Assembly (NCBI GenBank): GCA_965203365.1
Contig: OZ241878.1
Span: 3,598,962-3,662,961 of the forward strand
From: Candidatus Poriferihabitaceae bacterium
Lineage (GTDB): Bacteria; Pseudomonadota; Gammaproteobacteria; Arenicellales; Poriferihabitantaceae
Length of the DNA: 64,000 bases
Direction of reading: 5' to 3'
Shown: one piece after another, positions 50,451 to 59,553 of the stretch
How positions within the stretch are numbered: the stretch's first letter is position 1
How the letters are laid out: every line of letters begins with the position of its first letter
Made by a program: the position numbers and the translations under genes
Notes under the pieces: model-generated
Told to the model about the DNA's origin: nothing
The model's database searches: none
Seen by the model: only the letters and a program-made list of their open reading frames with translations

Positions 50451-52850
50451 ATGACGGAACGCGATATCTGCACCAAGTTCATCATACCGGCCCTGAAACG
50501 AGCGGGATGGGATGAGATGACGCAAATCCGCGAAGAGGTGAGTTTCACCAAGGGTCGAATCATTGTACGTGGCAAACTTGTGTCTCGCGGACAACCGAAG
50601 CGTGCCGACTATCTACTCTATTACAAGCCCAACATGCCGTTGGCGGTCATTGAGGCCAAGGACAATAAACACAGCATCGGCGACGGCATTCAACAGGCAC
50701 TCGACTACGCCGAAACGCTGGACATTCCTTTCGCTTTCTCGTCCAACGGCGATGGTTTTGTGTTTCACGATCGTACGGGTGCAAGCACGCCCCGTGAGGT
50801 CAGCATCAGGTTGAATCAGTTCCCATCGCCGACTGAACTATGGGCTCGCTATCGGGCTTGGAAGGGTTTGGCCCCAGAGGCCGAGGACATAGTCCTTCAG
50901 GATTATTATCACGATGACAGCGGCAAGGCTCCGCGCTACTACCAGATCAGCGCCGTCAATGCCGTTATTGAGGCCATCGCGAAGGGACGAAATCGCATCC
51001 TGCTGGTCATGGCCACCGGCACAGGCAAGACCTACACCGCTTTTCAGATCATCTGGCGACTCTGGAAGGCGGAACGCAGGATGCGTATTTTGTTTCTTGC
51101 CGACCGAAACGTGTTGGTCGATCAGACGATGGTCAATGATTTTCGCCCCTTTGGTGGTGCGATGGCCAAGCTATCTACGCGAGACCGGACCATTCAGCGC
51201 GATGCCAAAGGCGCTTTGCGTATTGATACGGCCTACGAGATCTATCTCGGACTTTATCAGGCACTCACCGGCCCCGAGGAAAATCAAAAGGTATACCGAG
51301 AAGTCTCTTCTGGCTTCTTCGACCTGATTGTTGTCGACGAATGTCATCGCGGTAGCGCCGTCGAAGATTCGGCTTGGCGTGAGATTCTCGACTATTTCTC
51401 TTCCGCGACCCAGATCGGTCTCACGGCGACGCCGAAAGAGACCAAATACGCATCCAACATTGCCTGGTTCGGTGAGCCGGTTTTTTCTTACTCGCTGAAA
51501 CAAGGCATTCGCGATGGCTTCCTCGCACCTTACAAAGTGGTCAAGGTCCATATCGACCGCGATGTAGAGGGCTATCGCCCTGAAAAGGGTCAGCTCGACC
51601 GTGAAGGGGATCTAGTCGAGGATCGCCTCTACAACACGCAGGATTTCGACCGCACGCTGGTCATCGACGGACGCACAAGCCTAGTGGCGCAGAAGATCAC
51701 GCAATTCCTGAAAGAAAGCGGCGACCGATTTCAGAAAGCCATCATCTTTTGCGTTGATCAGGAACATGCCGCACGTATGCGCCAGGCTTTGATCAATGAG
51801 AACGCCGACCTGCTGGATGGCAAGGTTCACTACGTGATGCGGATCACGGGTGGCGATGCGGAAGGGTTGGCTGAGCTCGACAGCTTCATTGATCCGGAAT
51901 CGAGGTATCCCGTTCTCGTCACGACCTCGCGGTTGCTTTCCACTGGCGTTGACGTGCAGACTTGCCGACTAATCGTGCTCGACCGCAGCGTCGGTTCGAT
52001 GACCGAGTTCAAGCAGATTGTCGGCCGTGGCACTCGTGTGCATGAAGACACGCACAAGTTCTATTTCACCCTTCTCGATTTCCGGGGAGCGACAAGCCAT
52101 TTCGCTGATCCGGCCTTTGATGGTGACCCAGTCCAGATATACGAGCCCGGAGAGGGCGATCCGATTGATCCGCCCGACATCCCGGTCGCCGAGGACGACA
52201 GCACCACGGTTCCAACCGACCTTGATGTTGGTGAGACCGTTATCTCCGATTCTGAGATTCCATGGCCGCTCGAAGACGGGTCTCGAAGGAAAGTCTATGT
52301 CGACGGCATCAGCGCGAAAGTGGTGGCCGAGCGTGAGGAATATCTCGACGAGGACGGCAAGCTTGTCACCGAGTCCGTGCGTGACTTTACCAGGAGGACT
52401 TTGCGTAGACGCTTTGCAAGTCTTGACGATTTCCTGATACGCTGGGGAGTGGTCGATCGCAGACAGGCAATCCTTGACCAGATGAAGGCCGAGGGGCTTC
52501 CATTAGATATGATCGCCCGGGAATTGGGCGAGGACCTCGATCCGTTCGACCTTGTCTGCCATGTCGCTTTCGACGCCAAGCCGCTGACCCGCCGCGAGCG
52601 GGCCGAGAACGTCAAAAAGCGCGATGTGTTCACGAAATTCGGCGACCAGGCGCGTGCCGTGCTGGATGCGCTGCTCGACAAATATGCCGACGAAGGTGTG
52701 CTCCACCTTGATGATGCCAACGTGCTGCGTATCCCACCACTGGACCAACTCGGAACCCCGGTTGAGCTGGTCCGTATCTTTGGCGGTAAGCCTGCCTTTA
52801 AACAGGCTGTGCAAGACCTTCAATCTTCACTGTATATGGATGTCGCTTGA
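50451..52850 (+). CDS. hsdR: Type I restriction enzyme R subunit
   Basis: Start at ATG 50451 (MTERDICTKFIIPALKRAGW, the classic HsdR N-terminus). PD-(D/E)xK region (ADYLLYY...AVIEAKD). Helicase motifs MATGTGKT and VVDECHRG. The DEAD/helicase C-domain follows. Confidence 0.9.
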   Translation: MTERDICTKFIIPALKRAGWDEMTQIREEVSFTKGRIIVRGKLVSRGQPKRADYLLYYKPNMPLAVIEAKDNKHSIGDGIQQALDYAETLDIPFAFSSNGDGFVFHDRTGASTPREVSIRLNQFPSPTELWARYRAWKGLAPEAEDIVLQDYYHDDSGKAPRYYQISAVNAVIEAIAKGRNRILLVMATGTGKTYTAFQIIWRLWKAERRMRILFLADRNVLVDQTMVNDFRPFGGAMAKLSTRDRTIQRDAKGALRIDTAYEIYLGLYQALTGPEENQKVYREVSSGFFDLIVVDECHRGSAVEDSAWREILDYFSSATQIGLTATPKETKYASNIAWFGEPVFSYSLKQGIRDGFLAPYKVVKVHIDRDVEGYRPEKGQLDREGDLVEDRLYNTQDFDRTLVIDGRTSLVAQKITQFLKESGDRFQKAIIFCVDQEHAARMRQALINENADLLDGKVHYVMRITGGDAEGLAELDSFIDPESRYPVLVTTSRLLSTGVDVQTCRLIVLDRSVGSMTEFKQIVGRGTRVHEDTHKFYFTLLDFRGATSHFADPAFDGDPVQIYEPGEGDPIDPPDIPVAEDDSTTVPTDLDVGETVISDSEIPWPLEDGSRRKVYVDGISAKVVAEREEYLDEDGKLVTESVRDFTRRTLRRRFASLDDFLIRWGVVDRRQAILDQMKAEGLPLDMIARELGEDLDPFDLVCHVAFDAKPLTRRERAENVKKRDVFTKFGDQARAVLDALLDKYADEGVLHLDDANVLRIPPLDQLGTPVELVRIFGGKPAFKQAVQDLQSSLYMDVA

Positions 52851-52853
52851 GAG

Positions 52854-54305
52854 ATGTCCGTCAACACACTCGTAAAATCCATCCAGGACATCATGCGCCA
52901 GGATGTGGGCGTCGATGGCGATGCGCAGCGCATCGGTCAATTGTGCTGGATGTTCTTCCTCAAGATCATCGACGATCAGGACCAGGAGCTCGAGATCCTG
53001 AAGAGCGACTACCGTTCCCCGATCCCGATTCAGTTGCAATGGCGCCACTGGGCGCGTGACCCGGAAGGGATGACGGGTGAGCGACTGACGGCTTTCTTAG
53101 ACGAGGACCTCTTTCCCGTCCTGAAGGAACTCCCGGCGACGCACGACCCTCGCGCGAGGGTCGTGCGCGATGTGTTCGAGGACGCCTACAACTATATGAA
53201 ATCCGGTCAGCTGATCCGGCAGGTCATCAACAAGATCAACGACATTGATTTCAATAATCTGGCCGAGCGTCAGCACTTCGGCGATATCTATGAACAAATC
53301 CTCAACGACCTGCAATCAGCGGGTAATGCGGGCGAGTACTACACCCCGCGTGCCATCACCTCCTTTATGGCGAAGATGACCGATCCGAAACCCGGGGAGA
53401 CGCTATTCGATCCCTCTTGTGGCACAGGTGGCTTCCTCACGTGCGCGATCCGACATATGCGTGAGCACTACGTCAAGCGACCCGAGGACGAAATCAGGAT
53501 GCAGGCGTCGCTTCGGGCGGTGGAGAAGAAACCTCTTCCACATATGCTCGCCGTCACCAACATGCTCTTGCACAACATTGAAGATCCGTCCTTCCTACGC
53601 CACAGCAACACGCTTGCGCGCCCTTATGTATCCTGGGGCAGCGACGACCGTGTCGATGTAGTACTGACTAATCCGCCATTCGGCGGAAAGGAAGAGCCCG
53701 GCATTCAGTCAAACTTTCCACAACGCTTCCAAGCGCGGGAAACGGCCGATCTGTTCCTTGCCTTGATTATTCGGATTCTCAAGCCTGGCGGCCGAGCGGC
53801 CGTGGTTCTCCCCGACGGCTCACTGTTCGGTGAGGGTGTCAAGACCAGACTGAAGGAGCACCTGATGAAGGAATGCAATCTGCATACGATCGTTCGGCTA
53901 CCAAACTCGGTCTTCAAACCCTATGCTTCCATCGGGACAAACCTGCTATTTTTCGAAAAGGGTGAACCGACGCAGGCGGTTTGGTTCTGGGAACATTTGG
54001 TGCCCGAAGGTCAGAAAGCCTATTCGATGACACGACCTATTCGGCTGGAGCATCTGGACGACTGCGCCGCTTGGTGGGGTGGTCCGAAACGCAAGAATCG
54101 TATCGAAGGCGGCCATGCCTGGAAGGTGGGAGCCGAAGAGATTGAAGCGAGGGGCTACAATCTCGATATCCGGAATCCCCATACCGAGACCGACGACCTA
54201 GGCGATCCGGAGACACTACTCGCAGAGTTGGATGCTGCCGAGGCGAAGGTCGTGTCCGTTCGTGGGCAACTGCAGGATATGCTCGCGGCAGCATTGTTGC
54301 GATGA
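52854..54305 (+). CDS. hsdM: Type I restriction-modification N6-adenine methyltransferase subunit
   Basis: HsdM_N-like start. FGDIYEQIL..AGEYYTPR, SAM motif DPSCGTGGFL and catalytic LTNPPFGG. Confidence 0.95.
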   Translation: MSVNTLVKSIQDIMRQDVGVDGDAQRIGQLCWMFFLKIIDDQDQELEILKSDYRSPIPIQLQWRHWARDPEGMTGERLTAFLDEDLFPVLKELPATHDPRARVVRDVFEDAYNYMKSGQLIRQVINKINDIDFNNLAERQHFGDIYEQILNDLQSAGNAGEYYTPRAITSFMAKMTDPKPGETLFDPSCGTGGFLTCAIRHMREHYVKRPEDEIRMQASLRAVEKKPLPHMLAVTNMLLHNIEDPSFLRHSNTLARPYVSWGSDDRVDVVLTNPPFGGKEEPGIQSNFPQRFQARETADLFLALIIRILKPGGRAAVVLPDGSLFGEGVKTRLKEHLMKECNLHTIVRLPNSVFKPYASIGTNLLFFEKGEPTQAVWFWEHLVPEGQKAYSMTRPIRLEHLDDCAAWWGGPKRKNRIEGGHAWKVGAEEIEARGYNLDIRNPHTETDDLGDPETLLAELDAAEAKVVSVRGQLQDMLAAALLR

Positions 54306-54350
54306 CGATTGATGTGCAGGCGTTTGTCGGCTAAACGGTAAGGTGTGATT

Positions 54351-54662
54351 ATGCACGATGTGATTGCAGAAAAGCGGGACGAACTGGCGGTCATTTGCCG
54401 ACGCTATGATGTCGTCCGTCTCGAGGTTTTCGGGTCGGCGGCGCGGGGTACGGATTTCGATCCGGCCACGAGTGATGCCGATTTCCTGGTCGAGTTCGAC
54501 TCTGAGAGTACACTGCGGCCGTTCCATCGGTATTTTGATCTTGTTGAAGCGCTGCGAGATGTTCTCGGCCGCCCCGTCGATCTGCTTCAATTCCGCGCGG
54601 TCTCCAATCCCTATCTGCGGGCGGCCATTGATAAGTCTCGCGAGCTCGTCTATGAGTCCTGA
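54351..54662 (+). CDS. mntA: Minimal nucleotidyltransferase (MNT, MntA-type antitoxin)
   Basis: GS motif FGSAARGT and DADFLVEF acidic pair. Start is ATG 54351 (AAGGTG 5 nt upstream) or GTG 54345. Confidence 0.85.
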   Translation: MHDVIAEKRDELAVICRRYDVVRLEVFGSAARGTDFDPATSDADFLVEFDSESTLRPFHRYFDLVEALRDVLGRPVDLLQFRAVSNPYLRAAIDKSRELVYES

Positions 54663-55008
54663 CCCTCGTATCCTATTATGGGATGTCGAACGGGCAGGGG
54701 CTGATATCCAGTGCTTCACTGACGGTATGGAACGTGATGATTGGCTTCGGGACCAGCGGACCCAGGCGGCCGTCGAGCGAAAGTTCGAGATCATCGGTGA
54801 AGCGCTGAATCGACTGGACAAGACCCATCCTGAATGCGCCGCAAGAATTCCAGATCTGCCGAGGATTATCGGGTTTCGAAATATACTGGCGCATGGATAC
54901 GACATCGTCGTGCCCGAAGATGTCTGGGACTATGTCCAGAATGACCTACTTGTCCTGCGCACCATCGTACAAACTCTGCTTCGAGAAATGGAATCGACGG
55001 AGGAATGA
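54652..55008 (+). CDS. hepT: HEPN-domain (DUF86, HepT-type) toxin
   Basis: ATG 54652 overlaps the MNT gene by 11 nt. RxxxxH motif in FRNILAHGY. The stop overlaps the hsdS ATG (ATGA at 55005..55008). Confidence 0.85.
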   Translation: MSPDPRILLWDVERAGADIQCFTDGMERDDWLRDQRTQAAVERKFEIIGEALNRLDKTHPECAARIPDLPRIIGFRNILAHGYDIVVPEDVWDYVQNDLLVLRTIVQTLLREMESTEE

Positions 55009-56681
55009 ACGCCGAACGCCTGCTCGCCATCTACGACCGCGTGGTTGATGTGCCCGAAGCCGTTCCTCGCTTGAGACGCTTGATCATCAATCTTGCCGTC
55101 AGGGGAAAACTTGTTCAACAGGACCCGGCGGATGAACCGGCTTTGGATCTGCTGGAGAGAATCTCGGTAGAAAAATCTCGGCGGGTTAAGGATTTCGGGA
55201 TAAAAGGGCAGGCTGCGACAATATATCCGAGCCCCAATACCCCATTCGTCCTTCCGAAAACATGGGCATGGATTTCTCTTGGCACAGCATTTTTCTATGA
55301 TGTAGGAGTAAAACGAAGGCCTGAGACACTGGAGTCATCCTATTGGCTCCTCGAACTTGAAGACATCGAGAAAGATTCTGGCAAACTGATCAAAAGGGTG
55401 AGTACTGCTGAACGAACCTCGAAGAGTACAAAGTCCGAATTCCAGCCTGGAGATATCCTGTATGGCAAGCTGCGCCCGTACTTGAACAAGGTGCTTGTGG
55501 CAGATGAGCCCGGTTACTCGACGACGGAGATTGTGGCAATTCGCCCGTACCTGCCTCTTTGCCCCAGTTATTGCGCTTTAGCTTTACGACGATCCGATTT
55601 TGTAGAGTATGTGACTACGCTTGGACAAGGGACGAAGATGCCCCGCCTGCGCACCAAAGATGCGATGGCTGCGCCATTTCCTCTTGCACCTCTCGCCGAG
55701 CAGCATCGTATCGTCGCCAAGGTCGATGAACTGATGGCACTTTGCGACGAACTCGAAACCAATGGTGGCACCCGCGAAGAAACCCGAAACCGGCTCACCA
55801 AGGCCAGCTTCGGCAGACTGATCAATCCAGAGACTGGCGGTACGAACTTCCGCTCCTCTGCTAAATTCACTATCAAGGTACTCCCGGCCCTGACAAATAG
55901 TCCCGACCAGATCAAATACCTCCGCCAAAGTATCCTTGATCTTGCCGTCAGGGGAAAACTTGTTCAACAGGATCCGGCGGATGAGCCAGCGTCCGAACTC
56001 TTGGAACGAATCACGTCGGAGAAAAAGCGGCTTATTGCAACGGGGCGATCAAGGAAACGTGGCTACCCGTCCAGCAGAAACGTCGTACAGCCACCATTCC
56101 TGCTACCAAGGACATGGGCTTGGGCACGGATTGCAGACATTGGTTTGCTCAGTCCACGAAACAATGCTTGCGACGATCATCTTGCGTCTTTTGTCCCGAT
56201 GCCGCTGATTCCGACGGAATGGGGCGCATCCAATACCCACGAGAGTCGCCCTTGGGGAGAAATCAAGAAGGGGTATACCCATTTCGCGGAGGGTGACGTT
56301 GGTTTGGCAAAAATCACTCCTTGCTTTGAAAACGGCAAGTCCGTCGTGTTTCAGAACCTGATCGGCGGCCTTGGTAGTGGAACCACTGAGCTCCATGTTG
56401 TTCGTCCGGTCATTATGAGCGCGAATTACATATTGCTGTTTCTAAAGTCCTCGATCTTCATTGAAACTGGTATTTCCAAGATGACCGGAACGGCTGGCCA
56501 GAAACGTGTACCAAAGGAGTATTTTGTAAATTCGCCATTTCCTCTTGCACCTCTCGCCGAGCAGCATCGTATCGTCGCCAAGGTCGATGAACTGATGGCA
56601 CTCTGTGACCAGATAGAGGCCAACCTCACGACTGCCAACACGGCTCGCTTTCAATTGCTTGAAGCAATTATTTCGGTGTAA
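55005..56681 (+). CDS. hsdS: Type I restriction-modification specificity subunit, two target-recognition domains
   Basis: Two TRDs separated by duplicated conserved regions. LAVRGKLVQQDPADEPA is encoded at 55089..55140 and again at 55938..55990. PFPLAPLAEQHRIVAKVDELMALCD is encoded at 55674..55748 and again at 56535..56609, with about 70 bp identical. Confidence 0.9.
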   Translation: MNAERLLAIYDRVVDVPEAVPRLRRLIINLAVRGKLVQQDPADEPALDLLERISVEKSRRVKDFGIKGQAATIYPSPNTPFVLPKTWAWISLGTAFFYDVGVKRRPETLESSYWLLELEDIEKDSGKLIKRVSTAERTSKSTKSEFQPGDILYGKLRPYLNKVLVADEPGYSTTEIVAIRPYLPLCPSYCALALRRSDFVEYVTTLGQGTKMPRLRTKDAMAAPFPLAPLAEQHRIVAKVDELMALCDELETNGGTREETRNRLTKASFGRLINPETGGTNFRSSAKFTIKVLPALTNSPDQIKYLRQSILDLAVRGKLVQQDPADEPASELLERITSEKKRLIATGRSRKRGYPSSRNVVQPPFLLPRTWAWARIADIGLLSPRNNACDDHLASFVPMPLIPTEWGASNTHESRPWGEIKKGYTHFAEGDVGLAKITPCFENGKSVVFQNLIGGLGSGTTELHVVRPVIMSANYILLFLKSSIFIETGISKMTGTAGQKRVPKEYFVNSPFPLAPLAEQHRIVAKVDELMALCDQIEANLTTANTARFQLLEAIISV

Positions 56682-56819
56682 CCAGTCCCGAATCCTGCCT
56701 TTGTCATTAGGTATGGTGACCAACCCCGAGGTAGTTACAAGAGGTCGACCGGCTTGGAATGCGAGCATCTTCATGTCCCCTTGGCCGTGGAAAGCCATAT
56801 GCCGGGCATGCTTTTCGAA

Positions 56820-58164
56820 CCCCACTTCCAGTCTGAAGTGCAACACTCGCCCCGCTCCCGGCATGAGGGCGTCCCCCGAATGAAGGGAGCGGGGCGGCGA
56901 CCGGACAATTCAGCCCCCAAGGGGCTGATCTCGGCCATTGATGGCATCCCTCTCGACGCCGGGGAGTCTGACCGAGGCGATTTCACGACGCCAGGGTCGA
57001 CTCGGGCCGGTTTCGGCCGAGCGGGTCCCGGCCCGTCGAACACGGGCTTGCGGAAGGGAGGGGAAAGGAATGACCGCCTTCAGGGCGGGGCGACGGCGGT
57101 GAAGACCTCTTGAGGGGTTCGAACCCCCAGCATCTTGCGGGGCCGACGGTTGATCCGCTCTTCCACCGCCTGGACCTGAGAGGCCGTTACCTGACGAAAG
57201 TCCGTTCCCTTCGGAAAGGACTGGCGTACCAAGCCGTTGGTATGTTCGTTCAGGCCCCGTTCCCAGGAATGGTAAGGGGTGGCAAAGTAGAAGTCGGCTC
57301 CGAGGGCCTTGGCGACCTCTCGGTGCCCCGCGAACTCCTTGCCGTTGTCGGCCGTGCAAGTGTGCACCCGGTCCCGAATCGGCCCCATCCGCCGGACAAT
57401 GGCTTCGGTCACGGCCGCCGCGGTCTTCCCTGCCACCCCGACCAGCACCAGATACTTCGAGGCCCGATCACCCCAGGAAATCCAGGCCCCCCGGTGCTTC
57501 ACCCCCATGATCAGGTCAAGCTCCCAGTCCCCGATCCGGCCCTTGGCCTCCCCAATCGCCGGGCGCTCGGCGATGTCTACCCGACCGGGAAGATGACCGC
57601 GTCCCGCGTGTCGGCCACCGCGCCCGTTCGGCTTCTTCCCGCGGCGACGCAGGCACCGGTCAAGGTCGCCACCCGCCGGTCGGTCCGCTCTCACCGATGG
57701 GTAGATCCATTCCCGCCCGGCCATCACCTCTCCTTGTTGCTGAAACCGGCCCGCGATCTGCTCCGGGCTCCAGCCGGCCTGCAGTCGGTCCTCGACCACC
57801 GCCCAGCGCTCGGGGGTCATCTTCCAGGGCACAGCCGAGGCGGCCCGGCGCCAGCTCGTCGCCTTGCCCTGGGCTGGCTGGTGACGATCACCGCGCTGTC
57901 CGCGGTTGCGCCTCAGCTCCCGGGAAATCGTGCTGACGTCCCGTCCGAGCTGATCAGCCATCGGCCGCTGGGATCGACCAGTGGACTTGAGCGCGGAAAT
58001 GGGCGATCTTTCCGGGTGGGTCAGGGGGTGGTCGCCATTCGGCATGACAGTTCTCCAGTTGTTAGCAAACTGAGATTGTCTGCCATCGCCTGGCCCGCTG
58101 CAATCCGCCTGACTCAAGCGATCAGGCGACGGGCCAAGTGTTGCACTTCAGAGTGGCACGGGGG
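56820..58164 (-). mobile_element. IS30-family insertion sequence, copy 3 (apparently intact)
   Basis: Imperfect 28-bp terminal inverted repeats (24 of 28 match): CCCCACTTCCAGTCTGAAGTGCAACACT and the reverse complement of AGTGTTGCACTTCAGAGTGGCACGGGG. GAA flanks both ends (56817..56819 and 58165..58167), consistent with a 3-bp target duplication. Confidence 0.85.
57080..58117 (-). CDS. IS30-family transposase
   Basis: Uninterrupted 345-aa ORF; the real start is possibly M25 at 58045. HTH region (LGRDVSTISRELRRN). DDE core (DWELDLI...TADNGKEF...PYHSWERGLNEHTNGL). Confidence 0.85.
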   Translation of the reverse strand: MSQADCSGPGDGRQSQFANNWRTVMPNGDHPLTHPERSPISALKSTGRSQRPMADQLGRDVSTISRELRRNRGQRGDRHQPAQGKATSWRRAASAVPWKMTPERWAVVEDRLQAGWSPEQIAGRFQQQGEVMAGREWIYPSVRADRPAGGDLDRCLRRRGKKPNGRGGRHAGRGHLPGRVDIAERPAIGEAKGRIGDWELDLIMGVKHRGAWISWGDRASKYLVLVGVAGKTAAAVTEAIVRRMGPIRDRVHTCTADNGKEFAGHREVAKALGADFYFATPYHSWERGLNEHTNGLVRQSFPKGTDFRQVTASQVQAVEERINRRPRKMLGVRTPQEVFTAVAPP

Positions 58165-58273
58165 GAATTTGCCGAAGTGGTTATGGTGTGACCATTAGCG
58201 GCATGAAGAAGATGGCTTGATCATCCTGTCACGGTGGAAAACGAGGCTTTACAAATGAACTGGTTCTCATTTA

Positions 58274-58292
58274 CACTCTCATTATCATTTAT
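58274..58292. promoter_or_regulatory. Fur-box-like site upstream of bfd
   Basis: CACTCTCATTATCATTTAT contains ATTATCATT and matches the 19-bp consensus at 11 of 19 positions. Lies 14 nt upstream of ATG 58306. Confidence 0.35.
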
Positions 58293-58305
58293 CAAGCGCT
58301 GAGAT

Positions 58306-58545
58306 ATGTACGTCTGTATCTGTAAATCGGTCAGCCACTACGAGATCGAGAAGGCTGTTAAACGTGGGGATGTCAGATCGGTTTCATGCTTGCGCAAATC
58401 GCTGGGAGTGGGCACGCAATGTGGTACCTGCTTGAATTTCGCCAAGGAATGCCTCTCCGAAACACTCACGCGTCATCTCATGAAAAATGCACAGGAATCC
58501 TATGAAATCAGACCGCAAGGCAGGAGGGCAGAAGTCCTGACATGA
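58306..58545 (+). CDS. bfd: Bacterioferritin-associated ferredoxin
   Basis: MYVCICKSVSHYEIEKAV...LGVGTQCGTCLNFAKE carries the four-Cys BFD-like [2Fe-2S] pattern (CxC...CxxC). Confidence 0.85.
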   Translation: MYVCICKSVSHYEIEKAVKRGDVRSVSCLRKSLGVGTQCGTCLNFAKECLSETLTRHLMKNAQESYEIRPQGRRAEVLT

Positions 58546-58676
58546 GTCCGAGAATCACGCGACGAACAGATTCACTTTTTTCCGTTCTTTATCCCAGTCG
58601 TTTCCGGTTGTATACTCCAACGTTCGACCGGAGACCGCTCCTCGCCCTCTTATGTTCTAACCGACCGCCTCGCACT

Positions 58677-59123
58677 GTGACATCGCATCCTGAAGGAAAG
58701 ACCAGCGACCTGACAGCGGATTTGCAAAATGCCGGTTTGAGGACAACGCTGCCTCGGCTGAAGGTTCTTTCAGTCCTCGAAACCAGTACGACACGGCATA
58801 TGTCCGCAGAGGATGTTTATCGTGAAGTCCTGAAGGACAATGAACCGGTTGGGTTGGCGACGGTTTACCGTGTATTGTCACAGTTCGTCGAAGCCGGACT
58901 CGTGGTGCGTCATCAGTTCGAAGGGGACAAGTCGGTCTTCGAACTCAATGATGCGGCGCATCATGATCATATGGTCTGTATGAAATGTGGCCTGGTGATC
59001 GAATTCGTGAATCGGGAAATTGAAACCCTGCAGGAACAGGTGGCTCAACATCATGAATTTGATCTGCAAGACCATTCCCTGATCCTGTATGGTCTGTGCA
59101 GTCGTTGTCGACAGAGACCCTGA
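58677..59123 (+). CDS. fur: Ferric uptake regulator
   Basis: LQNAGLRTTLPRLKVLSVLE...HMSAEDVYREV...ATVYRVLSQFVEAGL...HHDHMVCMKCG...CSRC. No ATG lies near the expected N-terminus. GTG 58677 is my best guess; the ORF itself opens at ATG 58542. Confidence 0.85.
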   Translation: MTSHPEGKTSDLTADLQNAGLRTTLPRLKVLSVLETSTTRHMSAEDVYREVLKDNEPVGLATVYRVLSQFVEAGLVVRHQFEGDKSVFELNDAAHHDHMVCMKCGLVIEFVNREIETLQEQVAQHHEFDLQDHSLILYGLCSRCRQRP

Positions 59124-59553
59124 CCCGGGCCTTGAATCGATAACCCCCGTTTTTCTTGCAGTATATGTAGCCAGATGGCCAGAAGTGGGATCCCAATCGA
59201 GGTCGGCATGACTGAATTCGTCACTGACTGATGGCCAGACACCGTGGCCGGTTCATCGTGACAGGCTCCAACTGGTGAAAGCGACCCCAGTGTTATGGCG
59301 GCCTGCCGGGTTCACTCGTGCTTATATGTTGTCGGGGGATCCGAAGCACCCAACCCTGCATCGTCTTTGTCTTTGCGCCGCATTTGTCAACGACTCAGGT
59401 TGACGGACCGTGGCAGCGTGGTGCCGTTTTGTCTTCCAGACGGTACTTGGTGACCGCTTGACGGCAAGTGGTGGAGTCTCGTGTTGGCAGGTTCCGAGGC
59501 GTTGTCCCATGAATTTTCTCGACGGCCATACGGGGCAGTGGTAAAATTCTCTC

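Noticed and set aside
57114-57127. tRNA T-arm-like sequence GGGGTTCGAACCCC. It is also present in degraded form at about 40214, and a GGTTCGAACC occurs at about 46095.
   Set aside because: It lies inside the IS30 transposase coding region. No acceptor, D or anticodon arms could be drawn around it or around the other GTTCGAA hits.
39969-58164. Composite transposon formed by IS30 copies 2 and 3, which share orientation and flank Fic, AbiE and the type I R-M operon
   Set aside because: The outer flanks do not match (CTG left of copy 2 versus GAA right of copy 3). Copy 3 has its own GAA/GAA duplication, indicating independent insertion. Copy 2 is dead.
58542-58676. Using ATG 58542 as the fur start (193-aa Fur)
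   Set aside because: The added 45 residues are Arg/Pro/Ser-rich and have no counterpart in Fur proteins. This remains an open question in the findings.
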